Shown here piece by piece: positions 1-11,520 of a DNA stretch of 64,000 nt; positions within the stretch are counted from its first letter, which is position 1; the number at the start of each line of letters is the position of its first letter. This DNA comes from Squalus acanthias (taxonomy: Eukaryota), in NCBI GenBank assembly GCA_030390025.1, contig JASTWF010000034.1, positions 372,001 through 436,000 on the forward strand. The letters run 5' to 3'. Position numbers and translations under genes: made by a program. Below the pieces are notes generated by a model. That model was not told where the DNA came from. It saw only the letters and a program-made list of their open reading frames with translations, and did not search any database.

Positions 1-400
1 AAGAGTAAGAGGTTACTTGATTGAAACCTATAAGATCCTGAGGGGTCTTGACAGGGTGGATGCGGAGAGGATGTTTCCTCTTGTGGGAGAATCGAGAACT
101 AGGGGTCACTGTTTAAAAATAATGGAGCGCCCATTTTAGACAGAGATGGGGGGAATATGTTTTTCTCACAGAGGGTCGTGAGTCTTTGGAACTCTCTTCC
201 TTAGAGGGCGGTGGAAGCAGAGTCTTTGAATATTTTTAAGGCGGACGTAGATAGATTCCTGATAAGCAAGGGGGTGAAAGGTTATCGGAGGTTGGACGGG
301 AATGTGGAGTAATCAGATCAGCCATGATCTTATTAAATGGCGGAACAGGCTTGAGGGACCGAATGGCCGACTCCAGCTCCTAATTCGTATGTTCGTTATG
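1..400 (+). mobile_element. CR1-clade LINE, 3' end fragment (ORF2 C-terminus plus 3' UTR)
   Basis: Reads LIETYKILRGLDRVDAERMFPL..., near-identical to the C-terminus of the intact CR1 ORF at 50822-52777. Ends in the CR1-type tail GAATGGCCGACTCC..CTCCT plus short repeats. Confidence 0.9.
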
Positions 401-459
401 TACCTGCCCCGGGGGGATTGGGAGGGGCTTGGCCGCTTTAACATTTTTCCACGCTGCTC

Positions 460-586
460 TTTGATTGATTGGCTCCCTGCTCCTGTGTGATGTCACTTGG
501 AAACAGGGCCCCGCCCCTGGTTACGGCCAATCAGTGGGATGTCAGTGTGGAAGGAGCTGGAGTGACAGCTGACACTGGCAGTGAGT
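460..586 (+). promoter_or_regulatory. Candidate Pol II promoter and first exon: two CCAAT boxes, a GC box and a splice donor
   Basis: TGATTGGCT at 466-474 (reverse NF-Y box), CCCCGCCCC at 509-517, GGCCAATCAG at 525-534, donor GCA|GTGAGT at 581. Motif evidence only. Confidence 0.4.
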
Positions 587-1084
587 TTAGTCCCAATAAA
601 CAGGGCAAAGGGCTGAAAGGAACAATTTAATGTTAATGTAAGTAATTCAAATACACATTAATTGCAAATATAATGAAATTAGATACAATCCCAGTCACAA
701 AAAGAGCCCCACTGTATTCCAGGTACTGGATCTGGGATTAATATGAATAATTTTTGTATTGACAGTCTCTGGGAGTGAGCAATATCTCAGGAAGGTGGAG
801 AGAGAGAAGTCGAATCATCGCCACACTCACTGGGACTAGAGAAATGTCTCTGGTTTCACAGAGCAGATCTGGTGGGATCGAGATCCCCGGGTCGGAGACG
901 GGATAAAACGGGAAGCTTCAACAATTATTGGAAAGGTGAGGAACTTTCCTGAGAATCCCATCAGTCCAGGATTTTGCTGAGGTGAGAGTCTAACCAGATA
1001 CTGGGAGCTGTTCAACATCTTCCATCAGGCTCGGCCTTGGATGTGGCAAGTTGAGCGGAGCTTAACTCGGAGATAAACCTTGCC

Positions 1085-1655
1085 CACACCTCACCCGGGA
1101 GTGTTTGACACTTACATGTAGAGGGATCTTAATTCTGTACTGACCCCATACTGTAACCGAGCTGGTTGTGCTTCATTGGGCAGTGTCAAGGGAACTGTAC
1201 GCTGTATTGAACACATGATGTATCAGAGTTGGTTGTGTTGATGAACCAAATTGGAGGGAACTTTACTCTGTATCTAATCCGTGCTGTACCTGCCCTGGGA
1301 GTGATTGGTGCTGCAGTGCAGAGGGAGCTTTACTCTGTATCTAACCCGTGCTGTACCTGCCTTGGGAATGTTTGGTGGGCAGTGTAGAAGGAGCTCTACT
1401 TTGTATCTAACCCACTGTACCTGCCCTGGGACTGTTTGGTGGGCAGTGTAGAAGAGGGAGCTTTACTTTGGATCTAACCCGTGCTGTACCTGCCCTGGGA
1501 ATGTTTGGTGGGCAGTGTAGAGGGAGCTTTACTTTGTATCTAACCCGTGCTGTACCTGCCCTGGGACTGTTAGGTGGGGCAGCGTAGAGGGAGCATAACA
1601 TTGTATCTAACCCACTGTACCTGCCCTGCAAGTATTTGATGAGAGCTTTACTCTG
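1085..1655. repeat. 67-bp tandem repeat (GAGGGAGCTTTACTCTGTATCTAACCCGTGCTGTACCTGCCCTGGGAGTGTTTGATGGGACAGTGTA-type)
   Basis: About 8 units, degenerate on the left; same unit as the array at 9780-16077. Confidence 0.9.
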
Positions 1656-2700
1656 TAACAGGAGATTACATGGGGTAGACAGCACAGAACCAGGCCATTC
1701 GACCCAACCAGTCCATGCCAGCGTTTATGCTCCACTCGAGCCTCCTCCCGTCTTACCTCATCTAATTCTATCAGCGTAACCCTCTATTCCCTTCTCCCAC
1801 ATATGCTTATCTAACTGCCCCTTAAATGCATCAATACTATTCGCTTCAACCACTCCCTGTGGTAGCGAGTTCCACATTCTCACCACTCTCTGGGTAAAGA
1901 GGTTTCTTCTGAATTCCCTATTTGATTTCTTGGTGACTACCTTATATTGATGGCCTCTAATTTTGCTGTTCCCCACAGGTGGAAACATTCTCTCTGTATC
2001 CACTCCATCAAAACCTTTCCTCATTTTAAAGAGCTTTATCAGGTCACCCCTCAGCCTTCAGGAGAAAGGAGACCCAACGTTTTCATCCGTTCCTGATATG
2101 TATTTTGTTTTATTCGTTTAAGGGATCTGGGCGCCGCTGGCAAGGCTAGCATTTATTGCCCATTCCGAGTTGCCCTTGAGAAGGTGGTGGTGAGCCGCCT
2201 TCTTGAACCGCTGCAGTCCGTGTGGTGATGGTACTCCCACAGTGCTGTTAGGTAGGGAGTTACAGGATTTTAACCCAGCGACGATGAAGGATCAGCAATA
2301 TACTTCGAAGTCACCCTAGCTTTTCTGGTATTATCCATGTAAATCTTCTCTGCACCCTCTCCAGTGCCTCTATCCTTTTTAGAATACAGCGACCAGAACT
2401 GTACACAGTTTTCCAAGTGTGGTCTAAACAAGGTTCGATACAAGTTTAGCATAAATTCACTACTTTTCAATTCTACCTTTCCAGATATAAACCCGAGTGA
2501 TTGGTTTGTTTTTTTGGCCTTATTAACCTGTGTCGCTACTTTCAGTGATTTGTGTATTTGTACTTCGAGATTCCTTTGATCCTCTACCCCATTTAGATTC
2601 TTATTTTCCAAGTAATATGTGACCTCTCTACATTTCTTACCAAAATGTAACACCTCAGATTCATCTGTGTTCAATTTAATTTGCCAGTTATATGCCCATT
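1656..2700 (-). mobile_element. CR1 LINE 3' fragment, interrupted at about 2100-2320
   Basis: Minus-strand ORFs give ...RPHLENCVQFWS... and ...FTQRVVRMWNSLPQ...GIEGY, both CR1 ORF2 C-terminal motifs. Confidence 0.9.
2100..2320 (-). mobile_element. 3' tail of a second LINE family (CR1/L2-like; tail ..GGGCAATAAATGCT..GCC) nested in the CR1
   Basis: Near-identical to 39300-39510 and to 28900-29090, and shares its tail with the SINE at 29090-29480. Confidence 0.8.
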
Positions 2701-2874
2701 AAAGAGCTATTAGAAATAGATAATAAATAATATCAATCAGTAATGCAAATCTATGACTATAACTATAATATTTACGCCTCCTATGCCTCTCTCAATCCCT
2801 CTCCCTCAGAATTATAAAATGTCTCTTTGACGATAACAGGCCATTCGGCCCAACCAGTCCATGCCATATTCCAG

Positions 2875-3647
2875 GTCTCCAAGCCACTGGGATCTGCCTG
2901 AGAGGACAAAGATGGTTATTGTGTCAGCCTGTAATCCAGCCTCCATTCACCGGGTGAGTATCAGGCAAACTCAGCACAGGCCGGGGATGGAGCCTGGGCC
3001 TTTCCTGCTCTGTGTGTGGTGTCACAGTCCCTCAGCGGGCGAGAATCAGGCTAACTCAGCACAGGCCGGGGATGGAGCCTGGGCCTTTCCTGCTCTGTGT
3101 GTGGGGGTCACAGTCCCTCACCGGGCGAGAATCAGGCTAACTCAGCACAGGCCGGGGATGGAGCCTGGGCCTTTCCTGCTCTGTGTGTGTGGGGGGATCT
3201 CAGTAACCAATCCGGGAGGGGACATTTCAGGGGTGGGCACCCATCATTGTGTGGGTCTAATTGCCGCCTCTCTCTCTTGCAGTTTTTCTCGGAGTTCGTG
3301 ACTGAGCAGAATGGTCCGCTGCTGCCCCGCGCACCCCACACGTTCAAGATGGACGACCTGCTGGCGGAGATGCAGGAGCTTGAGAACTGAAGGCTTTGAC
3401 AGGCTTAGCAGTGAGGTAAGATCACCCCTGGGAGCAGAGGGGCAAATCAACACAGGCCGGAGATGGAGCCTGGGTGTTTCCTGCCCAGATTCGGGCCCTG
3501 TTTTCACACCCCAAGCCACCGTTGTGGCAGAGCTGGCGATGTCGGGGACCTGAGTCGAGGAGTTTCTGGCCACCGAGCCGACGGCAGACACATCGCAGGC
3601 CGACAGTGAAGCCGATTGGTCAATGGAGTTCATCGCCCAGGTGACCG
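2875..3647 (+). pseudogene. PEX5: Unprocessed PEX5 (PTS1 receptor) pseudogene fragment; exons 2875-2910, 3283-3415 and 3516-3647
   Basis: Exons translate VSKPLGSA*EDK | [40 protein letters not shown] | ATVVAELAMSGT*VEEFLATEPTADTSQADSEADWSMEFIAQVT. These are gap-free colinear with human PEX5 as I recall it: ASKPLGVASEDE | [44 protein letters not shown] | [44 protein letters not shown]. AG acceptors at 2873-74, 3281-82 and 3514-15; GT donors at 3416 and 3648; the first donor reads GA at 2911. Six in-frame stops. Confidence 0.9.
2948..3195. repeat. About 86-bp tandem repeat x3 in the PEX5-relic intron
   Basis: ATCAGGCTAACTCAGCACAGGCCGGGGATGGAGCCTGGGCCTTTCCTGCTCTGTG recurs at about 2960, 3045 and 3131; a partial copy lies at about 3445-3485. 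Confidence 0.9.
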
Positions 3648-3649
3648 GT

Positions 3650-5237
3650 ATGTGGACGGGACACTCAGCATTGTGGGTACAGCGGCACTGACCCCGGGCA
3701 TTGTGGGCACAGGATCATTGACACTGGGCATTGTGGGTACAGGGCCACTGACCCCGGGCATTGTGGGTACAGAGTCACTGACACTGGGCATTGTGGACAC
3801 AGGGTCACTGACCCCGGGCATTGTGGGTACAGAGTCACTGACACTGGGCATTGTGGGTACAGCGTCACTGAGCCCGGGCATTGTGGGCACAGGATCATTG
3901 ACACTGGGCATTGTGGGTACAGGGTCACTGACCCCGGGCATTGTGCGTACAGAGTCACTGACACTGGGCATTGTGGGTACAGCGTCACTGAGCCCGGGCA
4001 TTGTAGGCACAGAGTCACTCGCCCTGGGCAATGTGGGTACAGAGTCACTGAGCCTGGGCATTGTGGGCACAGGATCATTGACATTGGGCATTGCGGGTAC
4101 AGGGTCACTGACCCCGGGAATTGTGGGTACAGCGTCACTGAGCCCGGGCCTTGTGGGTACAGAGTCACTCGCCACGGGCATTGTGGGTACAGAGTCACTG
4201 ACACTGGGCATTGTGGGTACAGAGTCACTGACACTGGGCATTGTGGGTACAGGGCCACTCACCCTGGGCATCATGGGTACAGGGCCTCTGTCCCCGGGCA
4301 TTGTGGGTACGGCGTCACTGAGCCCGGGCATTTTGGGTACAGAGTCACTCGCCCCGGGCATTGTGGGTACAGGGTCACTCGCCCTGGGCATTGTGGGTGC
4401 AGGGTCACTGACAATGGGCATTGTGGGCACAGGATTATTGACATGGGCTTCGTTGGTACAGGGCCACTGACCCCGGGCATTGTGGGCACAGGATGATTGA
4501 CATGGGCATCGTGGGTACACGGCCACTGACCCTGGGCTTCGTGGGTACAGGGCCACTGACGCCGGGCATTGTGGGTACAGGGTCACTGACCCCGGGCATT
4601 GTGAGTACCGAGTCACTCGCCCAGGGAATTGTGGGTACAGGGTCACTGACCCCGGGCATTGTGGGTACAGAGTCAGTCGCCCTGGGCATTGCGGGTACAG
4701 AGTCACTGACACTGGGCATTGTGGGTACAGGGTCACTGACCCCGGGCAATATGGGCACAGGATCATTGACATGGGCATCGTGGATACAAGGTCACTGACA
4801 CTGGACATTGTGCGTACAGAGTCACGCGCCCTGGGCATCGTGGGTACAGGGTCACTGACACTGGACATTGTGCGTACAGAGTAAAGCGCCCTGGGCATTG
4901 TGGGTACAGAGTCACTCGCCCTGGGAATTGTGGGTACAGGGTCACTGACACTGGGCATTGTGGGTATAGAGTCACTCGCCCTGGGCATTGTGGGTACAGG
5001 GTCACTGACCCCGGTCATTATGGACACAGGGTCATTGACACTGGGCATTCTGGGTACAGGGTCACTGACACTGAGCATTCTGGGTACAGTGCCACTGCCG
5101 CTGGGCATTTTGGGTACAGGGTCACTGACCCTGGGCATTTTGGGTACTGGGCCACTGACCCTGGGCATCGTGGGTACAGGGTCACGGACCCTGGGCATTG
5201 TGGTTACAGGGCCACTGACCCTGGGCATTGTGGTTAA
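3650..5237. repeat. 30-bp minisatellite (GGCATTGTGGGTACAGGGTCACTGACCCCG), about 53 units, intronic
   Basis: Visible periodicity; it produces the 10-aa repeat ORFs in the track. Confidence 0.95.
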
Positions 5238-5283
5238 GGTCCTGAGGGTGATTACGGCCCCTCTGTCTGTTTCACTTTAAAAG

Positions 5284-8200
5284 GTGTTTGACTTCTGAGT
5301 AGAGCGATAATTTTGGAAGTCTCTTATCGGGCATGCGGACGATGTGGCCCGGCCATCGGAGCTGATCGAGTGTGGTCAAAGCTTCCATGTTGGGGATGTT
5401 GGCCTGAGCGAGAACGCTGAAGTTGGTGCGCCTATCCTGCCAATGGATTTGCAGGATCTTGTGGAGGCAGCATTGGTGGTACCTCTCCAGTGCTTTGAGG
5501 TACCTGCTGTACATGGTCCATGTCTCTGAAGCATACAGGAGTTTGGGTATCACTACTGCTCTGTAGACCATGAGCTTGGGGCTGGGTTTGAGGTCCTGGT
5601 CTTTAAACATTGTCTTCCTCAGGCGACCGAAGGCTGCACTGGCAAACTGAAGGCGGTGTTGGACTTTGTCATCGACGTCTCCCCTTGTTGACGGTATTCT
5701 CCCGAGATATAGAAAGTGGTCCACGTTGTCAAAGGCCTCATCATGGATTTTGATAATGGGGAGCAGTACTTGTGGCGGGTTGGTGGAGGACCTTTGTCTT
5801 ACGGATGTTTAGTGTAAGGCCCATGCTCTCGTACGCTTCGGTGAAGATGTTGACGATGGTTCAGAGTTCGACTGCTGAGTGAGCACAGATGCAAGCGTCG
5901 TCTGCATACTGTAATTCGATGACAGAGGATGGAACGACCTTGGATCTGGACTGGAGGCGATGGAGTTTGAACAGTTTCCCATTTGTTCTGTAGATTCGCT
6001 CCACTCCGCGGGGGAGCTTACTGAGGGTGAGATGGAGCATTGCAGCCAGGAGGAACGAGAAGAGCGTTGTTGCGATGACACAGCCTTGCTTGACACCGGT
6101 CTGTACATGAATTGGGTCTCTGGTGGATCTGTTTGTCAGGATTACAGCTTGAATGTTGTCGTGAAGCAGGCGGAGGATGGTGACAAACTTTTGAGAGCAG
6201 CTGAATTTGAGGAGGATACTCCATAATCCCTCACGGTTGATGGTGTCGAAGGCCTTTATGAGGTCAAAGAAGACCATGTTCAGCGGTTGGTGCTGTGCCC
6301 TGCATTTCTCTTGTAGTTGACGCACAGTGAAGATCATGTTCATTGTGCCCCTTAGTGGGCGTAATCCGCATTGCGACTCTGGGAGGAGCTCTTCAGCCAC
6401 TGGGAGAAGGCGATTGAGGAGGATTCTTGCGCTGACTTTCCCTGTGGCAGACAGCAGGGAGACTGCTCTGTAATTACCACAATCAGACTCGTCACCTTTC
6501 TTGAACATGGTCACGATTACGGAGTCTCTGAGATCCCCTGGCATGCTCTCCTCCTTCCAAATAAGAGAAATGAGTTCATGTATTCGCGCCAATAGTACTT
6601 CTTCACCATGTTTTAGCGCCTCGGCGGGGATTCCATGTGCTCCTGAGGCCTTGTTGTTCTTCAGTTGTCGGATGGCCTTTTCAACCTCATGCCGGACTGA
6701 GGTTGTGCTGAGGTGGTTGCGGGCAGCATGCTGCGGGATGGAGTTGAGGACACTCGCATCGAAGACAGAGTTTCGGTTAAGGAGATCTTCGAAGTGCTCC
6801 TTCCTGCGGGCACTGTCTGCCTCTCTGTCCTTGATGAGTACCTCTCCATTCTTAGCCCGCAGTGGGGTAGGACCATGGGTGCTTGGGCAGTAGGTGGTCT
6901 TGAATGCGCTAAAGAATCCACGCCCGTCGTGGTTGTCGGCCAGCTGCTGGATCTCCTGCGCTTTCTCCATCCACCATCTGTTCTTAGGTCACGAGGTTTT
7001 TGTTGGACCTCGGCCTTCAATGTCTGTAGAGCTGCTTTCTGGCTCTCGAGTTCTGTTACTCTTTCCAGATCAGCAATGCCTTGCCCTTGCGACTTATTAG
7101 CTCCTGGATCTCCTGGTCGTTCTTGTTGAACCAGTCTTGATTTTTCCTGGTCGAGTGACCGAGCGTCTCTTCGCAGGTGCTGATTATGGAGGCCTTGAGT
7201 GCAGACCAGGCGCCGTGGACACTCTGTGTCTCTGAATCACTGGGAGTCGTCAGGTTGGTTGTGAGGCGCAGGCTGGATAGGGCTTTCTTAGCAGGGTCTT
7301 TGAGTGCTCCAGCGTTGATTTTCCTGCGGCATTGCATCTGTTGCCGCCGCTGTTTTGGGGCTACGTTGATGGAGATGACAGAGCGGATTAGGCAGTGGGC
7401 TGTCCAGCAGTCATCAGCTCCTGTCATGGCACAGGTGATGCGGACGTCCTTGCGGTCCCTCGCTCGGGCGATGACGTAGTCCAACAGATACCAGTGCTTG
7501 GAGCGAGGGTGTTGCCATGAAGCCTTGTACTTGTCTCTCTGACGGAACAAGGTGTTGGTTAGGACAAGGCCATGTTCTTAGCATTTCGTCAGGAGGAGGG
7601 TACCATTGGAGTTGGCTTTCCCTACCCCCTCTCTGCCGATCACAGCTCCCCAGAGGTCAGTGTCCTCTCCACCTCTGGTGTTGAAGTCGCCAAGGGGAAT
7701 CAACGTGTCGCCCATTGGGACTGGGGACCGGGATTGTTCGAGGCTGGAGTAGAATTCCTCTTTGGTCTTGTCTGTGTCTTCCAGTGTTGGGGCGTATGCA
7801 CTGATGACCGTAGCGCACTGGTTCCGGGCTAGGTTGAGCCATGAGTGATGAGGCGTTCGTTTATTCCACAAGGGGAGTCTCTGAGACGTTTAACTGGCTC
7901 ATTTTTTATGGCGACACCTACCCCATGGAGGCGGCGTTATTCTTCAGGTTTGCCTTTCCAAAAGAAGGTGTAACCACAGCCTTGCTCCTTGAGCTGGCCT
8001 TCCTCTGGCCAGTGGGTCTCGCTTAGGGCGGTGATGTCTATGTCGAAACGTCTGAGCTCCCGGGCAACGATAGCACAATGGTGTTCCGGTCTGTCGCTGT
8101 TGGGCTTGTCAATGAGGGTCCTGATGTTCCAGGTCCCGAACTTCATTTTAAAGGGTCGAAGATGCTTGTGCGTGAATTCTTTTAACGTGGGGTGGCTGTT

Positions 8201-8296
8201 GCACACCAGCTACCACACAAGCTTGACAGAGCAAGGTCTTGGTCCAATGGCAAGGGGATCCAAGACGATTGGAGACCAGGCTCTGCTACATCGGCC
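5284..8296 (-). mobile_element. RTE-clade LINE, near full-length ORF (APE endonuclease plus RT), frameshifted and lacking its 3' end
   Basis: MKFGTWNIRTL..ALSET (endonuclease), GDFN, SKHWYLLDYV, NYRAVSLLS, GVKQGCV, QYADD, LLYASETW and LRWPGHIVRM spread over several frames. Homology stops at YSEVKH. Confidence 0.92.
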
Positions 8297-8447
8297 GAGC
8301 ACACACACACAAACCCACTCCTACTGTCCTCCTCCCTCTTCCCGCAGGTCCTCTCTGCCTGGGTTTCATAGGCTGCAGTGTGGTCCTCCCGACCCCGCTG
8401 CGCCACGCCTGGGCATCGACCGCGCCCCCGGGCCCTGCCCTTCTCAT

Positions 8448-9780
8448 TGTGTGTCTCCTTCCAGTGAGTGTGTCAAGCGGTGCCTCCTTCCAGTGAGTGT
8501 GTCCCGCGGTGTGTCTCCTTCCAGTGAGTGTGTCCCGCGGTACCTCCTTCCAGTGAGTGTGTCACGCGGTGTGTCTACTTCCAGTGAGTGCGGCCCGCGG
8601 TGTGTCTCCTTCCAGTGAGTGTGTTCCGCGTTGTGTCTCCTTCCAGTGAGTGTGTCCCGCGGTGTGTCTCCTTCCAGTGAGTGTGTCCCGCGGTGTGTCT
8701 CCTTCCAGTGAGTGTGTCGCGCGGTGTGTCTCCTTCCAGTGAGTGTGTCCCGCGGTGTGTCTCCTTCCAGTGAGTGTGTCCCGGTGTGTCTCCCTCCAGT
8801 GAGTGTGGCCCCCGGTGTGACTCCTTCCAGTGAGTGTGTCCCGCGGTGTGTCTCCTTCCAGTGAGTGTGTCCCGCGGTGTGTCTACTTCCAGTGAGTGTG
8901 TCCCGCGGTATGACTCCTTCCAGTGAGTGTGTCCCGCGGTATGACTCCTTCCAGTGAGTGTGTCCCGCGGTGTGTCTCCTTCCAGTGAGGGTGTCCCGTG
9001 GTGTGTCTCCTTCCAGTGAGTGTGTCCCGCGGTGTGTCTCCTTCCAGTGAGTGTGTCCCGCAGTGTGTCTCCTTCCAGTGAGTGTGTCCCGCAGTGTGTC
9101 TCCTTCCAGTGAGTGTCCCGCGGTGTGTCTCCATCCAGTGAGTGTGTCCCGCGGTGTGTCTCCTTCCAGTGAGTGTGTCCCGCGGTGTGTCTCCTTCCAG
9201 TGAGTGTGTCCCGCGGTGTCTCCTTCCAGTGAGTGTGTCCCGCGGTATGCCTCCTTCCAGTGAGTGTGTCCCGCGGTGTGTCTCCTTCAAGTGAGTGTGT
9301 CCCGCGGTGAGACTCCTTCCAGAGAGTGTGTCCCGCGGTGTGTCACCTTCCAGTGAGTGTGTCCCGCGGTGTGTCTCCTTCCAGTGATTGTGTCCCGCCG
9401 TCTCTCCTTCCAGTGAGTGTGTCCCGCGGTGTGTCTCATTCCAGTGAGTGTGTCCCGCGGTGTTTCTACTTCCAGTGAGTGTGTCCCGTGGTGTCTCCTT
9501 GCAGTGAATGTGTCCCGTGGTGTCCCCTTCCAGTGAATGTTTCCCGCGGTGTGTCTCATTCCAGTGAGTGTGTCCCGTGGTGTCTCCTTCCAGTGAGTGT
9601 GTCCCGCGGTGTGTCTCCTTCCAGTGAGTGTGTCCCGCGGTGTGTCTACTTCCAGTGAGTGTGTCCCGCGGTGTGTCTCCTTCCAGTGAGTGTGTCCCGC
9701 GGTGTCTCCGTCCAGTGAGTGTGTCCCGCGGTGTGTCTACTTCCAGTGAGTGCGGCCCACGGTGTGTCTCCTTCTAGTGA
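8448..9780. repeat. 31-bp CpG-containing minisatellite (CCTTCCAGTGAGTGTGTCCCGCGGTGTGTCT), about 43 units
   Basis: Visible periodicity with high unit identity. Confidence 0.95.
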
Positions 9781-10395
9781 GGGAGCTTTATGCTGTATCT
9801 AACGTGTACTGTACCTGCCCTGCGAGTGTTGATGATACGTCGTAGAGGGAGCTTAACTCTGTATCTAACTCTTGTTGTGCCTGTCCTGGAAAGGTTTGCT
9901 GGGACAGTATACAGGCAGCTTTACTCTGCATTTAACCCGTATTATACGTGTCTTGGGAGTGATTTGATGGGACAGTGTAGTGGCAGCTTTCATCTGTATC
10001 TAATCCGTGCTGCACCTGCCCTGGGAGCGTTTGATGGGACAGAGTAGAGGGAGCTTTAATCTGTATGTAATCCATGCTGCACCTGCCCTGGGAGTGTTTG
10101 ATTGGACAGTATAGAGGGAGCTTTACTCTGTCTAACTCGTGTTCTACCTGTCCTGGACGGGTTTGATGGGACAGTGTAAAGGAGCTTTACTCTGTATCAC
10201 ACATTGTATGAATGTGTCCTGGAAGTGTTTGATGGGATATTGTAGAGGGAGCTTTGCTCTGTTTCTAACTCCCGCTGTACCTGCCCTGGGAAAGTTTGAT
10301 GGGACAGTGTAGAGAGAGCATTACTCTGTATCAAACGTGGTCTGAACCTGCCCTGTGAGTGTTTGATGGGGCAGTTTAGAGGAAGCTTTACTCTG

Positions 10396-11100
10396 CACAT
10401 TCACTTTCAATGACTCATGTACAAGGACTCCCAGGTCCCTTTGTGCATCTGCATTCCCCAATCTTTCACCATTTAGGAAATACTCTGCCTTTCTTTTTTG
10501 TCTACCAAACTGGATAACTTCACATTTATCGACATTATATTCCATCTGCCATGTTCACGCCCCTCACTGAGCCCTTTGAGATCCCCTTGAAATCTCTTCA
10601 CATCTTCTTCACAACTGACACTGCCACTTAGCTTTGTATCATCAGCAAATTTGGAAATGTTACATTTAGTCCCCTCATCCAAATCCTTGGTATAGATTGT
10701 GAATAGCTGGGGCCCAAGCACCGATCCTTGCGGTACACCACTAGTCGCAGCCTGCCATTCTGAAAAAGACCCGTTTTTCCCTACTCTTTGTTTTCTGTCT
10801 GTTAACCAATTCTCAAACCATGCTAGTATATTACCCCCAATTCCATCTGCCCTCATTTTGTTCCCCAACCTCTTGTGTGGGACCTTTTCGAAGGTCTTAT
10901 GAAAATCCAGATACTCCACATCTACCGGTTCCCCTTTGTCTACTCCACTAGTTACATCCTCAAAGAACTCCAATATGTTTGTCAAACAGGATTTCCCTTT
11001 CATAAATCCATGTTGACTCTGCCCAATCTTACTATTAGTTTCTAAGTGCCCAGTTATTGCATCCTTTATAATAGATTCCAGCATTTTCACAACTACTGAT
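10396..11100 (-). mobile_element. CR1 LINE internal RT fragment
   Basis: QHGFMKGKSCLTN, SGVPQGSVLGP, SKFADDTKL. Confidence 0.93.
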
Positions 11101-11520
11101 CTACCTGCCCTAGGAATGTTTGATGGGACATTGTAGAGGGAGCTTTACTCTTTATCTAACCCGTGCTTTACCTGCCCTGGGAGTGTTTGATGGGACAGTG
11201 TAGAAGCAGCTTTACACTGTATCAAACGTGGTCTGAACCTGCCCTTGGAGTGTTTGATGGGACAGTGTAGTAGCAGCTTTATTCTGCATCTAATACAAGC
11301 TGTACCTGCCCTGGGAGCGTTTGATGGGACATTGTAGTGGGTTATTTACTCTGTGTCTAACCTGTGCTGTACCTGCAGTGGGACTGTTTGATGCGACAGT
11401 GTAGAGAGAGCTTTACTCTATCTAACCCGTGCTGCACCTGCCCTGAGAGGGTTTGATGGGATATTGTAGAGGGAGCTTTAATCTGTATCTAACCCGTGCT
11501 GTACCTGTCCTGGGGGTGAT

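Noticed and set aside
3616..5280. 284-532 aa repetitive ORFs (GIVGTGSLTL; mucin-like on the minus strand)
   Set aside because: 30-bp minisatellite beginning right after the GT donor at 3648, so intronic; open on both strands.
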